Made by a program: the position numbers and the translations under genes. Shown here piece after piece: positions 38,433 to 52,489 of a stretch of DNA of 64,000 bases (within the stretch, counting starts at the first letter, position 1; every line of letters begins with the position of its first letter). The DNA is from Chara braunii (taxonomy: Eukaryota > Plantae > Charophyceae). The notes under the pieces are model-generated. The model did no database searches. It had not been told where the DNA came from and was given only the letters and a program-made list of their open reading frames with translations. The stretch covers positions 6,996,272 to 7,060,271 of the forward strand of contig BFEA01000009.1 in the NCBI GenBank assembly GCA_003427395.1. Direction: 5' to 3'.

Positions 38433-38921
38433 AATACACACGAGTGTGTGACTATGAAACACCCGGGGACGTGTCCGCGGGGCCAATCTCCGATGGCGGC
38501 CGCATATGTGGCTGCGTCCGCGGCCGTTCTTGTCCGCGCCGCGGACCCGATTTTACCAGAATTTTCCTTAATTAAATAATAGGTAAAAAAAAAATTAAAA
38601 AATGAGGTTGTAGGAAATTTTAAGCCCTACAACCCCATATTTTATTTTTTGGAATCCGACTTTGTTTAGGATTTTTTAAAAATTAAAAACTAAATTAGAT
38701 TTTAAAATATATATATATATATATATAAAGAAAAACATAATTTTTTTTTTTTTTTTTTTTATCATGAGATATATGGTCCCTGAGTTGACCTGTGTTTTTT
38801 TTAGAAATGAATTTCTGTTTTTTGCAGGGGTATGAGGTGTTTAAAAAAAATGCAGATGCAGAATTTCAAAATAAATAAATAAAAAATGGGTTTGATTGAT
38901 TGATTGATTGATTGATTTTAA

Positions 38922-39007
<86 letters not shown>

Positions 39008-39862
39008 NNNNNNNNNNNNNNNNNNNNNNNNNNNNNNNNNNNNNNNNNNNNNNNNNNNNNNNNNNNNNNNNNNNNNNNNNNNNNNNNNNNNNNNNNNNNN
39101 NNNNNNNNNNNNNNNNNNNNNNNNNNNNNNNNNNNNNNNNNNNNNNNNNNNNNNNNNNNNNNNNNNNNNNNNNNNNNNNNNNNNNNNNNNNNNNNNNNNN
39201 NNNNNNNNNNNNNNNNNNNNNNNNNNNNNNNNNNNNNNNNNNNNNNNNNNNNNNNNNNNNNNNNNNNNNNNNNNNNNNNNNNNNNNNNNNNNNNNNNNNN
39301 NNNNNNNNNNNNNNNNNNNNNNNNNNNNNNNNNNNNNNNNNNNNNNNNNNNNNNNNNNNNNNNNNNNNNNNNNNNNNNNNNNNNNNNNNNNNNNNNNNNN
39401 NNNNNNNNNNNNNNNNNNNNNNNNNNNNNNNNNNNNNNNNNNNNNNNNNNNNNNNNNNNNNNNNNNNNNNNNNNNNNNNNNNNNNNNNNNNNNNNNNNNN
39501 NNNNNNNNNNNNNNNNNNNNNNNNNNNNNNNNNNNNNNNNNNNNNNNNNNNNNNNNNNNNNNNNNNNNNNNNNNNNNNNNNNNNNNNNNNNNNNNNNNNN
39601 NNNNNNNNNNNNNNNNNNNNNNNNNNNNNNNNNNNNNNNNNNNNNNNNNNNNNNNNNNNNNNNNNNNNNNNNNNNNNNNNNNNNNNNNNNNNNNNNNNNN
39701 NNNNNNNNNNNNNNNNNNNNNNNNNNNNNNNNNNNNNNNCGAATCTCCAACCCCCCTCCCCTCTGTCCGCCATGTAACTTAAAAGCCACGCGGCCTCGCG
39801 GACACGTCCACGGGGTCGGCGGTCTGGCCACGGCCGCGGACTTCGTCGCACTTGGCCGCCGC
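38433..39862. mobile_element. Insertion in the transposase with imperfect GC-rich inverted ends, (TG)n and an assembly gap
   Basis: CCCGGGGACGTGTCCGCGGGGCC (~38462) is inverted at ~39792 (GGCCTCGCGGACACGTCCACGGGG). The transposase frame resumes at ~39864. Confidence 0.6.
39008..39739. other. Assembly gap
   Basis: Run of N. Confidence 1.
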
Positions 39863-42394
39863 TGAGGAGGATTCATAGGTGCGTGAGTATTTTGTTTCTT
39901 TGCGTGACAAGCATTTGGACCTTCAGCTCCAGCATCGGACGGCTTATGAGGTATGGAAGGAATAATCGAAAAGACTGGCCTCAAATAGTTTGTGCATCAT
40001 CATTGATGGCATGGACCAAAGTAAGATCAGTATTCCACATTTCGGTGGAGAAAACATATCGAAAGCATTTGCTAATGTCCCAATGTTGAAAACAAACTTG
40101 ACTGTGATCATCGCGCATGGACGTTTTCCAGTCTGTCCATGTTCACACGTGGTTTCCTTGCTACCCACACGACTCGAATGTTGTTGTATCGTCCATCATG
40201 AAAGTCTTCGTGACGTTCAGGCATCGAGCAGCTTGCCTCCAATGCTCAGGATACAAGTGGATAATTGTTGGAGAGAGAATAAGAATAGATATGTGCTAGC
40301 ATTGGCCACAACTTTGGTGAAATTCAATTTTTTCAAAGAGGTTAAGTTCGACTTCATGCTAGTAGGGCATACACACACCGATGTCGATGCCACTTTTAGT
40401 CACTTTTCCCGCAAGCTGAAAATGCATGATGTATACACTATGGCTGATCTCCTTAAGCTTATTGTTGATTCCCAAATTGATCGCCCATCATGTACGTTCA
40501 TGAATGAAATTGCGGACTGGAGAAGTGTTGTGAAACTTTTTTTAATAAAGAGGTTGACATGTCACATTCGTCCACATACATTTAGATTTTTAATGGAGGA
40601 TGATATCCCTGTGTTCCAGTGGAAGGAGTATTGTACGAGTCCTGAGTGGTATTTGTCAGTTTACTGTTTTAAGAGAGATCCGAACAAGAGATATGCAGGA
40701 CCGAAACGGTCGTTTCAGTCAATCCATGTCTCGCCTGACGAAAATCATATTGATTTTGTTTTCGGTGTTAAAGATGTGAAAACATTCGTTGATTGATTAT
40801 AAAACAAGCAATATGAGCGGGTTGGAATGAAGGATGAGATAAACTTCTCAAAGGAGAGTGCGTTGTCATATTGGAAACAGTTCTTAGAAACAATTGAAGA
40901 TCAGTACGGGTCTCAATCTCGAAGGGTATCGCTCAAGGCTAGCTTCTGACCGTCAATGGAGGGAATAATAAAGGATGATTCACAGGACATTGATATTGCT
41001 TTCCTCATGAAAAAAGACGAGAACAAATAGTCACTTTTGTAGGACCCGCTAACGAGCGTCCGAAACTAGAGTTAAATCTTATAATAGACGTGGAAAAGGG
41101 TCAATTTGTTCTGTTACGTCCTTCACAAGACGATATTGACCAAGGTGTTCTTGTGTGGATGAGAAGAGTTGTTTCTATTGTTGACAACGACATCAGATCG
41201 TTAACTTTCAACCACGTTCTCGTTCAATATTGGGTGTCACAACCAGTCGTGAAGAGTCTTGCTGTGCAATATACGAATGCGTGGAAGAAGACATGGAAGA
41301 AGGACAAAACATCACTTGAGCAGTGGCAGCATGCAGTATTCTGTGGAGGTGGATATCAAGAATATCGTGTTTGGAGAATGAACTACACATTCCAAAATTA
41401 TTTAGAGAAAATGTTATGGCATGCCTTGGTCATCCTAATGAAGAAGAACAATAGCATTCCTGATGATGAAGACCAATTAGCGTAAAGGATGTCATCACAA
41501 CTTATGACATGTCATGCCTTGCTCTTTCTGATGAAGAGCGTTAGGTGACGTTTATTTTAAATTTTCTTGCAATATAAATTTTGTCTCATTCCAATAATAG
41601 TCATATGACTATATTTTGCTCGTTCGTAAAATTTCTAACCAAGTGCGTCTACGAGATGGTTATCCAATAACAATTTCATCATTTGTAGCATTTATTTTTT
41701 TTAAAAAAATACAACATTACTCTCAATTTTGTCTCGTTTAAATGTTGTTTGAACTGTATTTGGCTGTTTAGCAGAATGGTCAAACCATTTGCGACTACTA
41801 GATGGTCGCCCACCAACATCGTATGGGGAAGAAACATGTGGCGTGATATGGGGGCAATATTTTTCACTTCTGAAGTCATTTTTTACGGTTCATTAATCAG
41901 TGTCCGAGGTGTGGACGTTGCACCGCACCATTGGGAACATTGTCCTCGACAGTCTCTCTACATTTGTGGTCGTCGGTGTTGCGGGTCGGGAATGTACCCA
42001 CGAGAGGTGCTCGCTCCATTCTCACAGTCGTTTTACTTTGCAGTGAAATTCTACTACAATAATTTGAAGGTTATGACCTGTTTTCTACGGTGGCATGTAT
42101 CCAAGGTCGTTGCAAGGTGTCATTTCTTATTTGCAACGATCATTCTGGAAGTGCAAGCATGTCCAATGCATATAACGTTGACGTGCGAAGGCGAGAAGAA
42201 TTTTGGAGAGCAATTAGAGAACAACCGATGTTGAAAACAGTGGATGGCCTTGTTGACACGACAATCAAATATTTCCGACATCTCCTCTTGCGGGAATATG
42301 AGATATTAGATGCGCATGTAGAATACTGGGACCATGCACATCATGGACAAAATGATACCACTATTTTGGAAGATTGGACAGTTTACAGTAGAAG

Positions 42395-42760
42395 ATAGGC
42401 TAAGCTAACTTTGCTAAGTCTTAAGTTTGATGGCACAATGTTTCTTTTATTGCAAATCGGGGTGTTATCTGTCCCGGGGCCTTGCCATATTTTTTGTTTT
42501 TATGCACTCTATTTCTCCAATTTTTTCTTAAGTGACGACACTTGGAGATGTAAGGGGATCCTGCAAATGATAGCCCTATTTTTGAAGATTTGACATTTTA
42601 CAATAAAAGATAACTAACTTAGCTAAGCCGAAAGTATGATGGCAAAATGTTTCTTTTACTGCAAATCGGGGTGTCATCTGTCAAGGGCCCTGACCATATT
42701 TTTAAATTTTATTTTATGCACTCTGGTTCTTTCTTAAGTGACAACACTTGGAGATGTTAG
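42395..42760. repeat. Diverged ~165-bp duplication
   Basis: CTAACTT.GCTAAG...GCAAATCGGGGTGT...CACTTGGAGATGT occurs twice. Confidence 0.8.
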
Positions 42761-43849
42761 GGACGAAGGCCCCTTTGGCGGGCATATGACGATGACCCCT
42801 TTGCCCGATATATGAAATTTTCAAAGTCTTCCATGAAAGACATTTTTTTTGCGGTATTTCCTATATTATTTTGAATGTTACTCAGAAGTTTTTTGCTTTG
42901 CCTGGCATATGAAGTTTTCAAAGTCTCCCAGGAAATACTTTTTTTTTTTCTTCCGGTATTCATATATTATTATGAACGTTACCCTGAAGTTTTTTTCTGT
43001 TAACAACATGGACTACCATTTTCTTTATATGTTTCAAAGTTCGTTAAACTTTTCATGATTACTTCCTTTATATATCGAAAAACTTTTTATCCTCTTGGTA
43101 AATATCATTGTGTGTTTTTTCGAAAATTGACAATTTAGGTATTTTCACTTTTTATAAAACATTTCATTTTTCATGAAAACACCGTTTTTCACAATTAAGC
43201 GGGTTGGGAAGAGATTCTAATTAGTGTTCTGCTGCAACCTGTTCCTGTAACAAACAACCATTTGTTGTCATAGTTGTTTGTTTGGACAAACATGTATTAG
43301 TGTTACGAGCAAGTTGTCGGACCCACCTCAAATGTGTGAGCTTTAATAGGTGGAAGTACACCATAAATTTGCTTGCCTACATGACAACCTTAAGAAAGTG
43401 ATAGTATACGAGGCTCTCTTGGCTGCTACTGAGGGAATTGGAATCGGATTGGTAATTTTGCTTCATCCTTTTGGCTCAGCTATCCGCCTTTTGATGTCTC
43501 AATCTTGGAGCCTGGATTTATCCCCTATGCTCAACTTCCCCGTTCTAGCAGGCAAGCGGTCCTTGTTTCCCCTTTGCTGCTTGCGCTTTCTTCCCATTGC
43601 GCTCTGCAGATGAGCCCGGGGTGCAATATCTGAGAGCAGTCGAGAATATTGGGTGTTGATGCAGACTTTGAGCACTCCCTCATGTAATCTCCTTCCTGCA
43701 GGAGCTTTCGTTACCTTTGTTGCCTGGCCAGGACTTTGTGCTTACGATAGCAGCAGGGGCAGGTAAAGGAAGGGGATTGAGGGAGCAAGAGGAGGGGGGG
43801 GGAGGAGAGGGGATGCGACTGGAATGGGAGGGTGAGGGGCATTCCTTTC

Positions 43850-45010
43850 CAAGCAGAGGACCCACAATCCAAGTATTTTGAGGATTTGAATGAGTGTCGG
43901 ACTGGACGGATCCCACCCTCTCAGGATAAGCCTCATGTCCCATTTGCGCTCTTATTCTTCCCCTTGGTTGGCATGAGACCATAGATCCTGCCACCATCCC
44001 TAGAAACTTTGTGCCATCAATTCACAAAACCATTGTATATGGGTCTGGGTTTCAAGGACAAGTCGAGCAGAACATGCTAAATTTCATATGCCTCCTGACA
44101 CACCAATGTCCTGTTGGGATCAAAAGATGGATGCACAACCACTCAAGGCAGGCATGCTTGACCGCTGGGTACTTCTTCAAGGCTTTACCAAATTATTGTG
44201 CCCAATCCAAGTTGCGTGGAGGCAGTCCCAATCTTGCTTGATCTGCATCCCAGACCCCTTTAACAGATAAGCACAGTTTGTTCACTTTAGACTTCATACG
44301 GTAGCCTAGCGAGACTGTGTATTCTGCTAACGACGCTCTTGGTCTGTCTGTGGAGATGTTCTGTCAGCTGTACATCTCAAAACCTCGGTTTCTACGACCG
44401 GCCTACCCTCCATACTGAGTGTGTACGAAGGGACTGGGCATTGAACTGATTGCTTAGCGGACGCCGCAAGTCTAATCAACCTGCATTCGTCAACGTAGAG
44501 GGTGTTGTAAATCTGGTCTCTTCTGTCTATCACTGCTCGTTCTTCTTTTTCATTCGTGTCTTCGATAGTAATCTCTTAAGGCGCAGGTCTCAGTTGCCTT
44601 TTCCCGTCAACCCATCTGGAACATTTGAGTTGCTAATCATCCAACACCTCTTCTATTTTCCAAAAAAATGGAGGGGCTGCCCATCCTGATTACCCCCATA
44701 CCTTCCTGAAATGAATCAGTTTTAGAATCCTGATCCAGTTTCCAGGAAAAAATTATTTAACAAGAGCAGCCAGTTGTGGATATTGTGTACTTCGGAAAGC
44801 TTCTCTTCAAACAATTTGCCTGCTTTCCAATCGACGACTTTCCTATCTTAATCCCAGATATCCATAATCTGAATGATCCCTTTCTGCACCCATAGCATAC
44901 AGAATCTCGTTGTCGAGGTTAATACCCTTATAAGGGTATTTGCCCTCATTTTACAGTTGACACAACCTTGGCATCAGTCGTCGTGACAATGTCGGTCATA
45001 AGAAAACAAT
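43850..45010 (-). pseudogene. LINE ORF2 C-terminal fragment
   Basis: WVQKGIIQIMDIWD and CSARLVLETQTHIQWFC..WW match the equivalent LINE regions elsewhere in the window. Confidence 0.7.
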
Positions 45011-47847
45011 GCCTATGGGGGGAACTTTTTAAGGACGAAAATCTCGGCCAAAGAAGGTCAAAGGCTCATAAACGAATAATCTGACTCCTAATCCAAGTAA
45101 ATTAGTCAGATGACAGCGCGCACTGACGAGTAACATGCTAAAAATAAATGGGATATCCCCTTCGCCTGCATGAGCCGAGAGGGCCGGCCAACGGGAAAGG
45201 AAAAAAGAAGGATAGTTGAACTTGAAGTGATCAGCTCCCACCTCAGCGTGACACGCCGTAAGACTGAAAACTACCAAATTGTTGAAACCCTTCCGACCGC
45301 ATAGGTCGAGGGGAAGAAATGGGCAGAAAAAAAGTAGGGCGAGATGAACTGTCAACACAATAAAAATATAGAAAAGTATGTCAACAAGCCTAAATCTCAC
45401 CTGAGCATATCCACCAGGCAATTGAATCTGTCACATATCCAAATGAGGGATGAAAGTTAATAAACACCCTGACCACAAGGATGGGGAAGCAAAGGCAGGA
45501 GCCAAGGAAAGTAGCTAAGTCGGATTTTCTTTGGCACAGGGGCGGAGGAGGCTCTACATAAGATCACTTTCTCCTCTCTTACCCAAAGAAAGGGGCCAGC
45601 CCAGTAGGTAACCGACATGATTTACATATGACTGATACACGGAACGAATCCTTCTGCCAATCGCAGGGTTAGTTTTCCTTTTTAGGAGCTTATGCTTAGT
45701 CTCAACTCGATACAGTAGGTGGGATTCGATCCCACGATCACAAGTTGAAGAGTGGTTGAGAAGGTAACGGATTAACACTCCCCGCTGACAGTTGGCATAA
45801 TGAGGAACACGAAGGCTAGATTCCACATTATTTTTTCTATGTGTTTTCATTTTTGCTACTAGATTTTATGTTCCTTATATCCTGTGCGTAGAGTCCGTTC
45901 TTTTTTACACAGGTAGGAGGATAGAAGAAATGCAATGAATGTGACTTAAGACAAACGAAGGATTCATATCTCAACCACGTACAGGGAACCCCAAAGGTTC
46001 CTCTAGTAGGAAGAGAAAGCTTTTATGCTTAAATGGTGACGTGATTTAGGAAAGAGGGGGAAAAAGTCAAGGGAAAATAGATCGCGAGGAAATAGGAGTT
46101 AGGCGCCTGGTCAAGTTGGTGAACCCAACGGAGTATGGAAAGAGCAACGGTAGGTAAGAGAGGAAGAACGGGAAAATAGATGTGAACGAGGAAGCGAGCG
46201 ACATTCTCGTTTTTCAAGCGGTTAGCCAGCAAGCAAGCAACGACCTCACAACCGTAAAGACGAGCGGGGAGAACACGTGGTGGGTAGAACAAGCACACGG
46301 CAAGGCAACAAACAAACGGCCAGAAGAAAGAGCTTGCAAGACCCAACCACAAGGAGGAATAGACAAGGGCTCGATCCGGAAGGCAAACACCAAGACCGCA
46401 GTTGGAAGCTCAAGTGCGAGCGGGAGTGAAGGTCGATCTCAATCAAGACAGAGCTTAGAGGAAGGCGTGATCGAGAAAAAAAAAAAAGGGGGTGAGCAAG
46501 GAAAACAGGATTCCAACGTAGGTGTGTTGGGTCGAGTCAGGAGAGACCAGTAAGAACGCAGGGGAAAACGACATGATGGGGGAATCGAGGTAAGCGGGAA
46601 AGAACAAGATCGCCAGGAAACGTAGGATAAAGGGAGGAAAGAGAAAGGAAAGGAGGAGAGAAAGGGAGTGAGGAAGGGGAAGAAGGAGAAAAGGGGGCAT
46701 GTAGAAGGAAAAACGAGGAGAGGCGACTTACCTTTCCTTTGCAGTCGATGATGGCGATTCTCCGGGCATGGGTTTGGAGACCTTGTACCTGAGTTACGAG
46801 GGACTTCCTGCATGTACTTTGGGTGATTCCCAGTTTGCAAGGGACAGGCGAGTCGTTTCTTGTGGTCGACAGGGAGTTCAGCAGCGCCGATCGGACCTTG
46901 AGTCAACTTTCTCGAAGGGCTTTCACGACATCGGGCTACGTCGGTTGGTGACAACAAACGACAAGGAGAGGGAGTAAGAACAAATAAATTTCCTATTCTG
47001 CAACTGTCTTCATGGTACTTTCAACGACAGGATGAGCAAAAACACATTAATCTACCGCGGGATTATGGATATATACATTGTTGCACGTGTGTGTGAGTGT
47101 GTGTGTGTGTGTGTGTTTCTGTGAGTGTGTGTGTGAGCGTTCGGAGGCCAGAGAGGATAAAGGACTGTTAGGATCAGCACAACAACGTCAGAAGAATGAA
47201 AGTCCGTCCGGTCCAGCAGGCCCAAGTCAATAATGTTATAGCAAGTCCCGGGAAAAGGCTGAAGAGCTACCGATTTTGTAGAAGACAGGCCGCAGCCAAC
47301 CGGTACTTGTCTGCAGCAATCCAAGTTAAGTCAAGCCAAGCCAAGACCCACATTTAGTTGATATAGTGTCACGACTCGTCGTCAGTTCAAGCGCGGTAAA
47401 TAAAAGCGTTAATTGATTGACTGTAGGACAAGACAACCCGGGCATTCCTCGTTGTGGGAGTTGGGCAGCACCAAGGAAGCCTTAAGGTAGAATCAGGTAA
47501 TGATAGGCTTTGTAACAGCAAAACATAGTTACATTTGCGTGGCAAGACTAGGACCCTGGTAGTTCACCATAGCCTTCACCTGGTTGAGAGGGGAGGAAGT
47601 GAAAGTCAGAGTTATAGTAAATTTCTAGTTACTATAGGTGCAAAAACAAGGTTAAGACTTGACTCTAGTTCAGCCGCTCGGCATCGTTTCTACTAATGGT
47701 AGCTTGGATTGAAGAGAGGAAGGAGGTAAGGAAAAAAAAAATGGTCACATTAAAAAGAGATAGGGACTACCTACCTGGTTCAGACTGTTGGTAAGAACAT
47801 TGTCAAACAATTGTGTGATATTAGACCTAAGGACAACGTAAGGCGAT

Positions 47848-47911
<64 letters not shown>

Positions 47912-48559
47912 GGTGATGTTTTGGAATGTGAACCAAACCGAGTATTGCATAAGTATTTTCTCTGCTTGTTCTACGCTCTAACGCTGGTCTAGGATGGGCA
48001 CCTGAGTTGTGCATTATTGTGCACGATAGCGATCCAGATTGATTGAAGCAGACCATTTCGATTAATTGTTCTTTCGTCAATTGGAATAGTGAAAGTAATG
48101 AGTCTGATGTTGGTTCCTTTAAAAGAGTAGAAGTCGTCACAACTTGATGATGTTTTCTGAAGGATGTACTTATCCTTAATGATCGGCCATGATTGAGAAA
48201 GACATACATGCAAATATAGGGCGATTGCGAGAGCTCTGCCAGAGTTCAGGCGGGACTCTAGAGGTAGGGAACTTTCAGGTACGCTTATCATTCATTTATT
48301 CCATAACCCCAAGCAACTATACATCACTATTTGTTTGCTTATGAGAATGTATACTATTTCTGATTATTTATGGACCAACTGAATCTAAAGGGACGAAAGA
48401 GAATTATGAGAACGTAAGAAGAGCTTGTATGAAAGAGCAATAAGAAGGGATGTATCCTAAAGAACCTAAGGCTAAAGAAAAAGCAAGGGGTATGAGCATT
48501 CCATTGAAGGAGATGAAGGTTATTTCGGGATATGACAAAAAAGGAGTGAGTCATTGTGA

Positions 48560-49620
48560 TGTTCTGATTGGTTTTGAAAAGCGACTGGATAAAGGGTCAA
48601 GGAGTGTCCGTCCAGTTGTTTCGTGTGTTTTTCATAATTTGATGTTCCGACTGGTGTTAGGAAGTGATTGGATAGAGGGTCAAGGAGTGTCAGTTCAATT
48701 GCTTCAGGTTTGGTATTGACAAGTGGTTGGATAGAGGGCCAAGGAGTGTCCATCCAGTTGAATTTTGTGTATTCATTAACTTGATGTTCTAATTGATTTT
48801 GGGAAGTGATTGGATAGAGGGTCAATGAGTGTCCGTCCAATTGTTTCATGTTTGGTATTGATAAGTGGATGGATAGAGGGTCAAGGAGTGTTTGTCCAGT
48901 CGCTTCGTGTGTTTTAACATGATGTACTGTTTGGTATTGATGAGTGACTGAATAGAGGGTCAAGGAGCGTTCGTGTATGATTGATTTGATAAATGTTTGG
49001 TATTGAGAAGTGACTGGATAGAGGGCCAAGGAGTGTTCGTCCAGTCAATTCCTATACGATTAACTTGATATCTGATTGGTATTGAGAAGAGGCTGGATAG
49101 AGGACGGATGAGTGTCCGTCTAGTCACTTCTAATGTGTTTAACTTGATATCTGATTATTATTAAGGAGTGATTGGATAGAGGGTCAAGAAGTGTCCGTCC
49201 AGTTGCTTCGTGTGTTTTAACTTGATGTTTTGATTGAGAAGTGGCTAGATAGAGGGCCAAGGAGTGTCCGTCCGACTGCTTCATGTGGGTTTGACCTTAA
49301 CATCTGATGGTATTGAGAAGTGGATGGATTGAGAGTCAAGGAGCGTCCGTCAAGCTGCTTCATGTGAGATTGATCTAACATTGATGTTCATTTGGTAGTG
49401 AGAAGTGACTGGATAAAGGGTCAATGAGTGTCCGTCCGACTGCTTCATGTATGATTGACTTTAACAACTATTTGGTATTGAGAAGTGGATGGATAGAGGG
49501 CCAAGGAGTATCCGTCCGGCAGCTTCGTGTGTGATTGATCGAAAATTGATATCTGGTTGGTATTGAGGATTAACTGGGTAAACGACCAAGGAGTGTCCGC
49601 CTAGTTGGTCTATGTGTAAT
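48560..49620. repeat. Minisatellite, 14 units of 59-85 bp
   Basis: Core TTGGTATTGAGAAGTGRYTGGATAGAGGGYCAAGGAGTGTCCGTCC is repeated from ~48587 to ~49576. Confidence 0.93.
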
Positions 49621-51296
49621 ATTTATACTACCACGTTGATTGCGTTAGGTATGATGGGGCTGAATGACAGAATGATAAAGACAGTAGAACGGATACATCC
49701 TTCTTCCAAAAGCAATGTGACTTCTGCCTCAAAACTAATGACTTGTTTTTTCCCAAAGAAATGAAAGGAAAGGAGGGGGAAGTAATGAGAATTAATCAGG
49801 GGACGTCATACCATTACAATATGAAAATATAATCTGAAAGAGATAAGACGCGTAGAAACGAAGAAGAGACTGATGGGAAAGAGACCTGACTACACAAATA
49901 GGATTCCAAGATGGGCACCTCACAAACCGACTTGCGTAAGGCAAGTGGCGGACATGACCTACGGACAAGTGGAGAGAGACAGATAGAAAAATTTTGAATT
50001 ACACTCTTAGTGAAAAATTCAATGAGTAAGACCGAAGTAACCTGAAGAATTAAACTTCAGTGAAGAAAGGTCTGAGAGAGAAAATAAAAAATAATGTTAA
50101 AATTTGTGGCCTGTGTGTGTGCAGGTCGTGAATACCGGGGTATTACCTGGGGAAAAGGGACTTATTAAACGTTCGTGCATCCACTGCATTTTGCATATTT
50201 TTCACCCTGAATAACAGGACGGTTTAGTTTATTCAACTATTCTTTGGCTTGATACTTATTCCTAAAGGCGAACCCCTGTAGGCAAACAAAATTTTCCTTG
50301 TGCCATCATGACTAAGCAGTCCTAGTCGCTCTCGAGGGTCTTTGTGTGCAATGAGGGGTTGGGCATAGATACGTCACAAGATTTGGAAGGAATGCTGAGA
50401 GAGGGTTAGGGGAGTGATGAACAAGTATGGAGTACATATGTTGATTGCATTAATGCATGGCATGTGTGTCTTGTTTTGCATTTATGCAATTTTTTTTTAT
50501 CAAGGATTTTGTTTTTTTTCTTTTCTTCTGAGCGACATTGCGAGTGGTACGTGCATCTCATTGGACACACCATGACTGTGAGAATGTGAATTGTTCACCT
50601 ACATTACCCCCATTATACTCATTTTTATGTCTAAGTCACAAAGAAATAAAAAGGTAATGGTAGATTTGGTGGTCAGGTCTTGTCTCATATGGATCTTGGG
50701 AAGGTTACTGGGAAACAGACCGAAGGAAACAAGGTCCTCTTTGAATTTTATTAGTTGGACGTTAGGTCCGTGATAGAGAGACACTAGAAACTCTCTATCA
50801 CATTGAAAGTTGTCCCTTACTTCATTACTGTCATTATCAGCGAAAAGTAAGGGAGTCTGGTTGCTTAGAGAGCATCAGCCAGCGAGAAGTCTGCAGAGCT
50901 TTTCTTTAAGTACTTGCGAAACCCCATATAGCTATAAGGGTCGCAAACATTCGTATATGTGTGAACATTATACCCATTGTTGGCACCCCAGTTTAAAGAG
51001 GTCCACATACCGAATCATTATGCAAACTTCAAAGCGGTAGGCCGTTTATAAGGGCATTACGTGTCTCTCTACACGTACCAAACGGTTATGGGATAAAGAG
51101 CCTTAATGTAAATTTTCGTCTTATTTTCACAAGAATCTCTGTGCCACGCCGAAAAAAAAAAACCACGGTCGTTCCACCTCTGACACGACATAATAAAAAC
51201 ATGACAAAACAAATTCCTGCGTGACACGACCGTGAAGGTCCGACACTTGCAACCACGTCCGGGTCGCGCGTTAAGACATCGTGTCTCCATGAGTGA

Positions 51297-51720
51297 GGGT
51301 CTGGTTGCACTACTCTCCATACGTCAAGTTTGGCGAGTGGGCGCTTGGGTGCACTTGCTCACCAAATTTGGAGGATGAAAAATATGTCAGACTGCTCGCC
51401 ACATCGTCGACACAAGTTGTGGCGAGTGTTTTTGGTTTCCCCGCCTCTACACGACGGTTTTTGGAGGGTGGTCGTACCTCTCAACGGAACAACTTTTCGA
51501 AGAGTGCACAACATCACGAGTGGAGATCAGGTAGACAAAAGTTTTTAACTTTTCTGTAGAAGAAATATACTGGCGAGTAAGTGCAACCAGGGGCCTCGTT
51601 GCACTACTCTCCACATGCACAACAGACCAAAAATACAGCAGTGCATCTTTCCATGTTCTAGTGGAAGATTCATTCTCATTTTGCACATTTGGAGAGTAGT
51701 GCAGCGAGGCCCCAGACCTC
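51297..51720. mobile_element. Outer MITE whose right TIR is split by a related MITE
   Basis: Left end GGTCTGGTTGCACT. Right end AGTGCAACCAG[insert]ACC. TSD not resolved. Confidence 0.65.
51591..51712. mobile_element. 122-bp MITE with CAG TSD
   Basis: TIR GGGCCTCG(T/C)TGCACTACTCTCCA. CAG at 51588-51590 and 51713-51715. Confidence 0.88.
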
Positions 51721-51745
51721 CAATTCGACATGATTCTGAGACTTA

Positions 51746-52489
51746 GGGCCTCGCCAAACCTATCCTGAAAACACCGATTTGGAGAGGAAACACATCGTCA
51801 TACCAACTCTCGAAAATCGGTGTCAGAAAAAAAATTGAAAGCGGCCAGAACGCGGGTTTCATGAGTGCTCGCGAACTGTGGTCCTTTCCTGGCTTGCAAA
51901 GTGGCCACTTTCGAAAGTGGTCAAAGGCACCTCCGAATTCAGCCCGAATTTGGAGAGTGTGCCGCAACGGACAACCGTCTGCGGCCAACGTTTTGTCGTG
52001 TGTGGTTCGAGAGAACTCTCAAATCGTGAGGTCTTATCAGACCCTGGGTGGGCCCAAGCATCGTGTCCCCTGCCCGATGCAACACCGTTGATTTCCCTTT
52101 TCCCACCGACAACGAAAGTTCCGGGAGAGGCCGCACCGCGACACTGCACTCTCCAAAAAGACCGGGTCTTTTCTGACACATTGGACCATTGATTTCCTTT
52201 TTCCACCCATGACGAAAGTTTCGGGAGAGGCCACACCGCCACACTGCACTCTCCAATAAGGTTGGGTCTTCTCTGACACATTGGACCGTTGATTTCCTTT
52301 TCCCACCCACAAGGAAAGTTTCGGGAGAGGCCGCACCGCCATACTGCACTCTCCAAAAAGGCCAGGTCTTTTCGGACACATTGGAGAGCGCCCCCTTGAT
52401 GACGCCTCTCAAACCTTTTTTCTCTACTTCCCGAGTTCGAGAGCCCTCCTAAACATTTTCCCGTTTTCGGGATAGGTGTGGCGAGCCCC
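51746..52489. mobile_element. 744-bp Tourist-like element with three internal ~100-bp repeats
   Basis: TTA TSD at 51743-51745 and 52490-52492. 27-bp TIR with 3 mismatches. Repeats at 52085, 52186 and 52286. Confidence 0.88.

Larger units (their letters stand above)
36980..41485 (+). pseudogene. Sola1-like DDE transposase, disrupted
   Basis: CC..CC and VCISAW N-terminal motifs, CEKC..H..Q..R..Y, IIIDGMDQSK, QVDNCWRENKNRY, LVGHTHTDVDATFS. Contains stops, frameshifts and an insertion. The superfamily label is from motif recall. Confidence 0.8.

Noticed and set aside
38841-39984. Long ORFs of 283-372 aa
   Set aside because: Artefacts of the N gap and (TG)n.
45020-47450. LTR retrotransposon LTR or leader
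   Set aside because: Purine-rich and TE-like, but I could not identify paired termini, a TSD, a PBS or coding motifs.
48560-49620. CRISPR-like repeat-spacer array
   Set aside because: Linkers are related to each other, cores are degenerate, and there are no cas genes.
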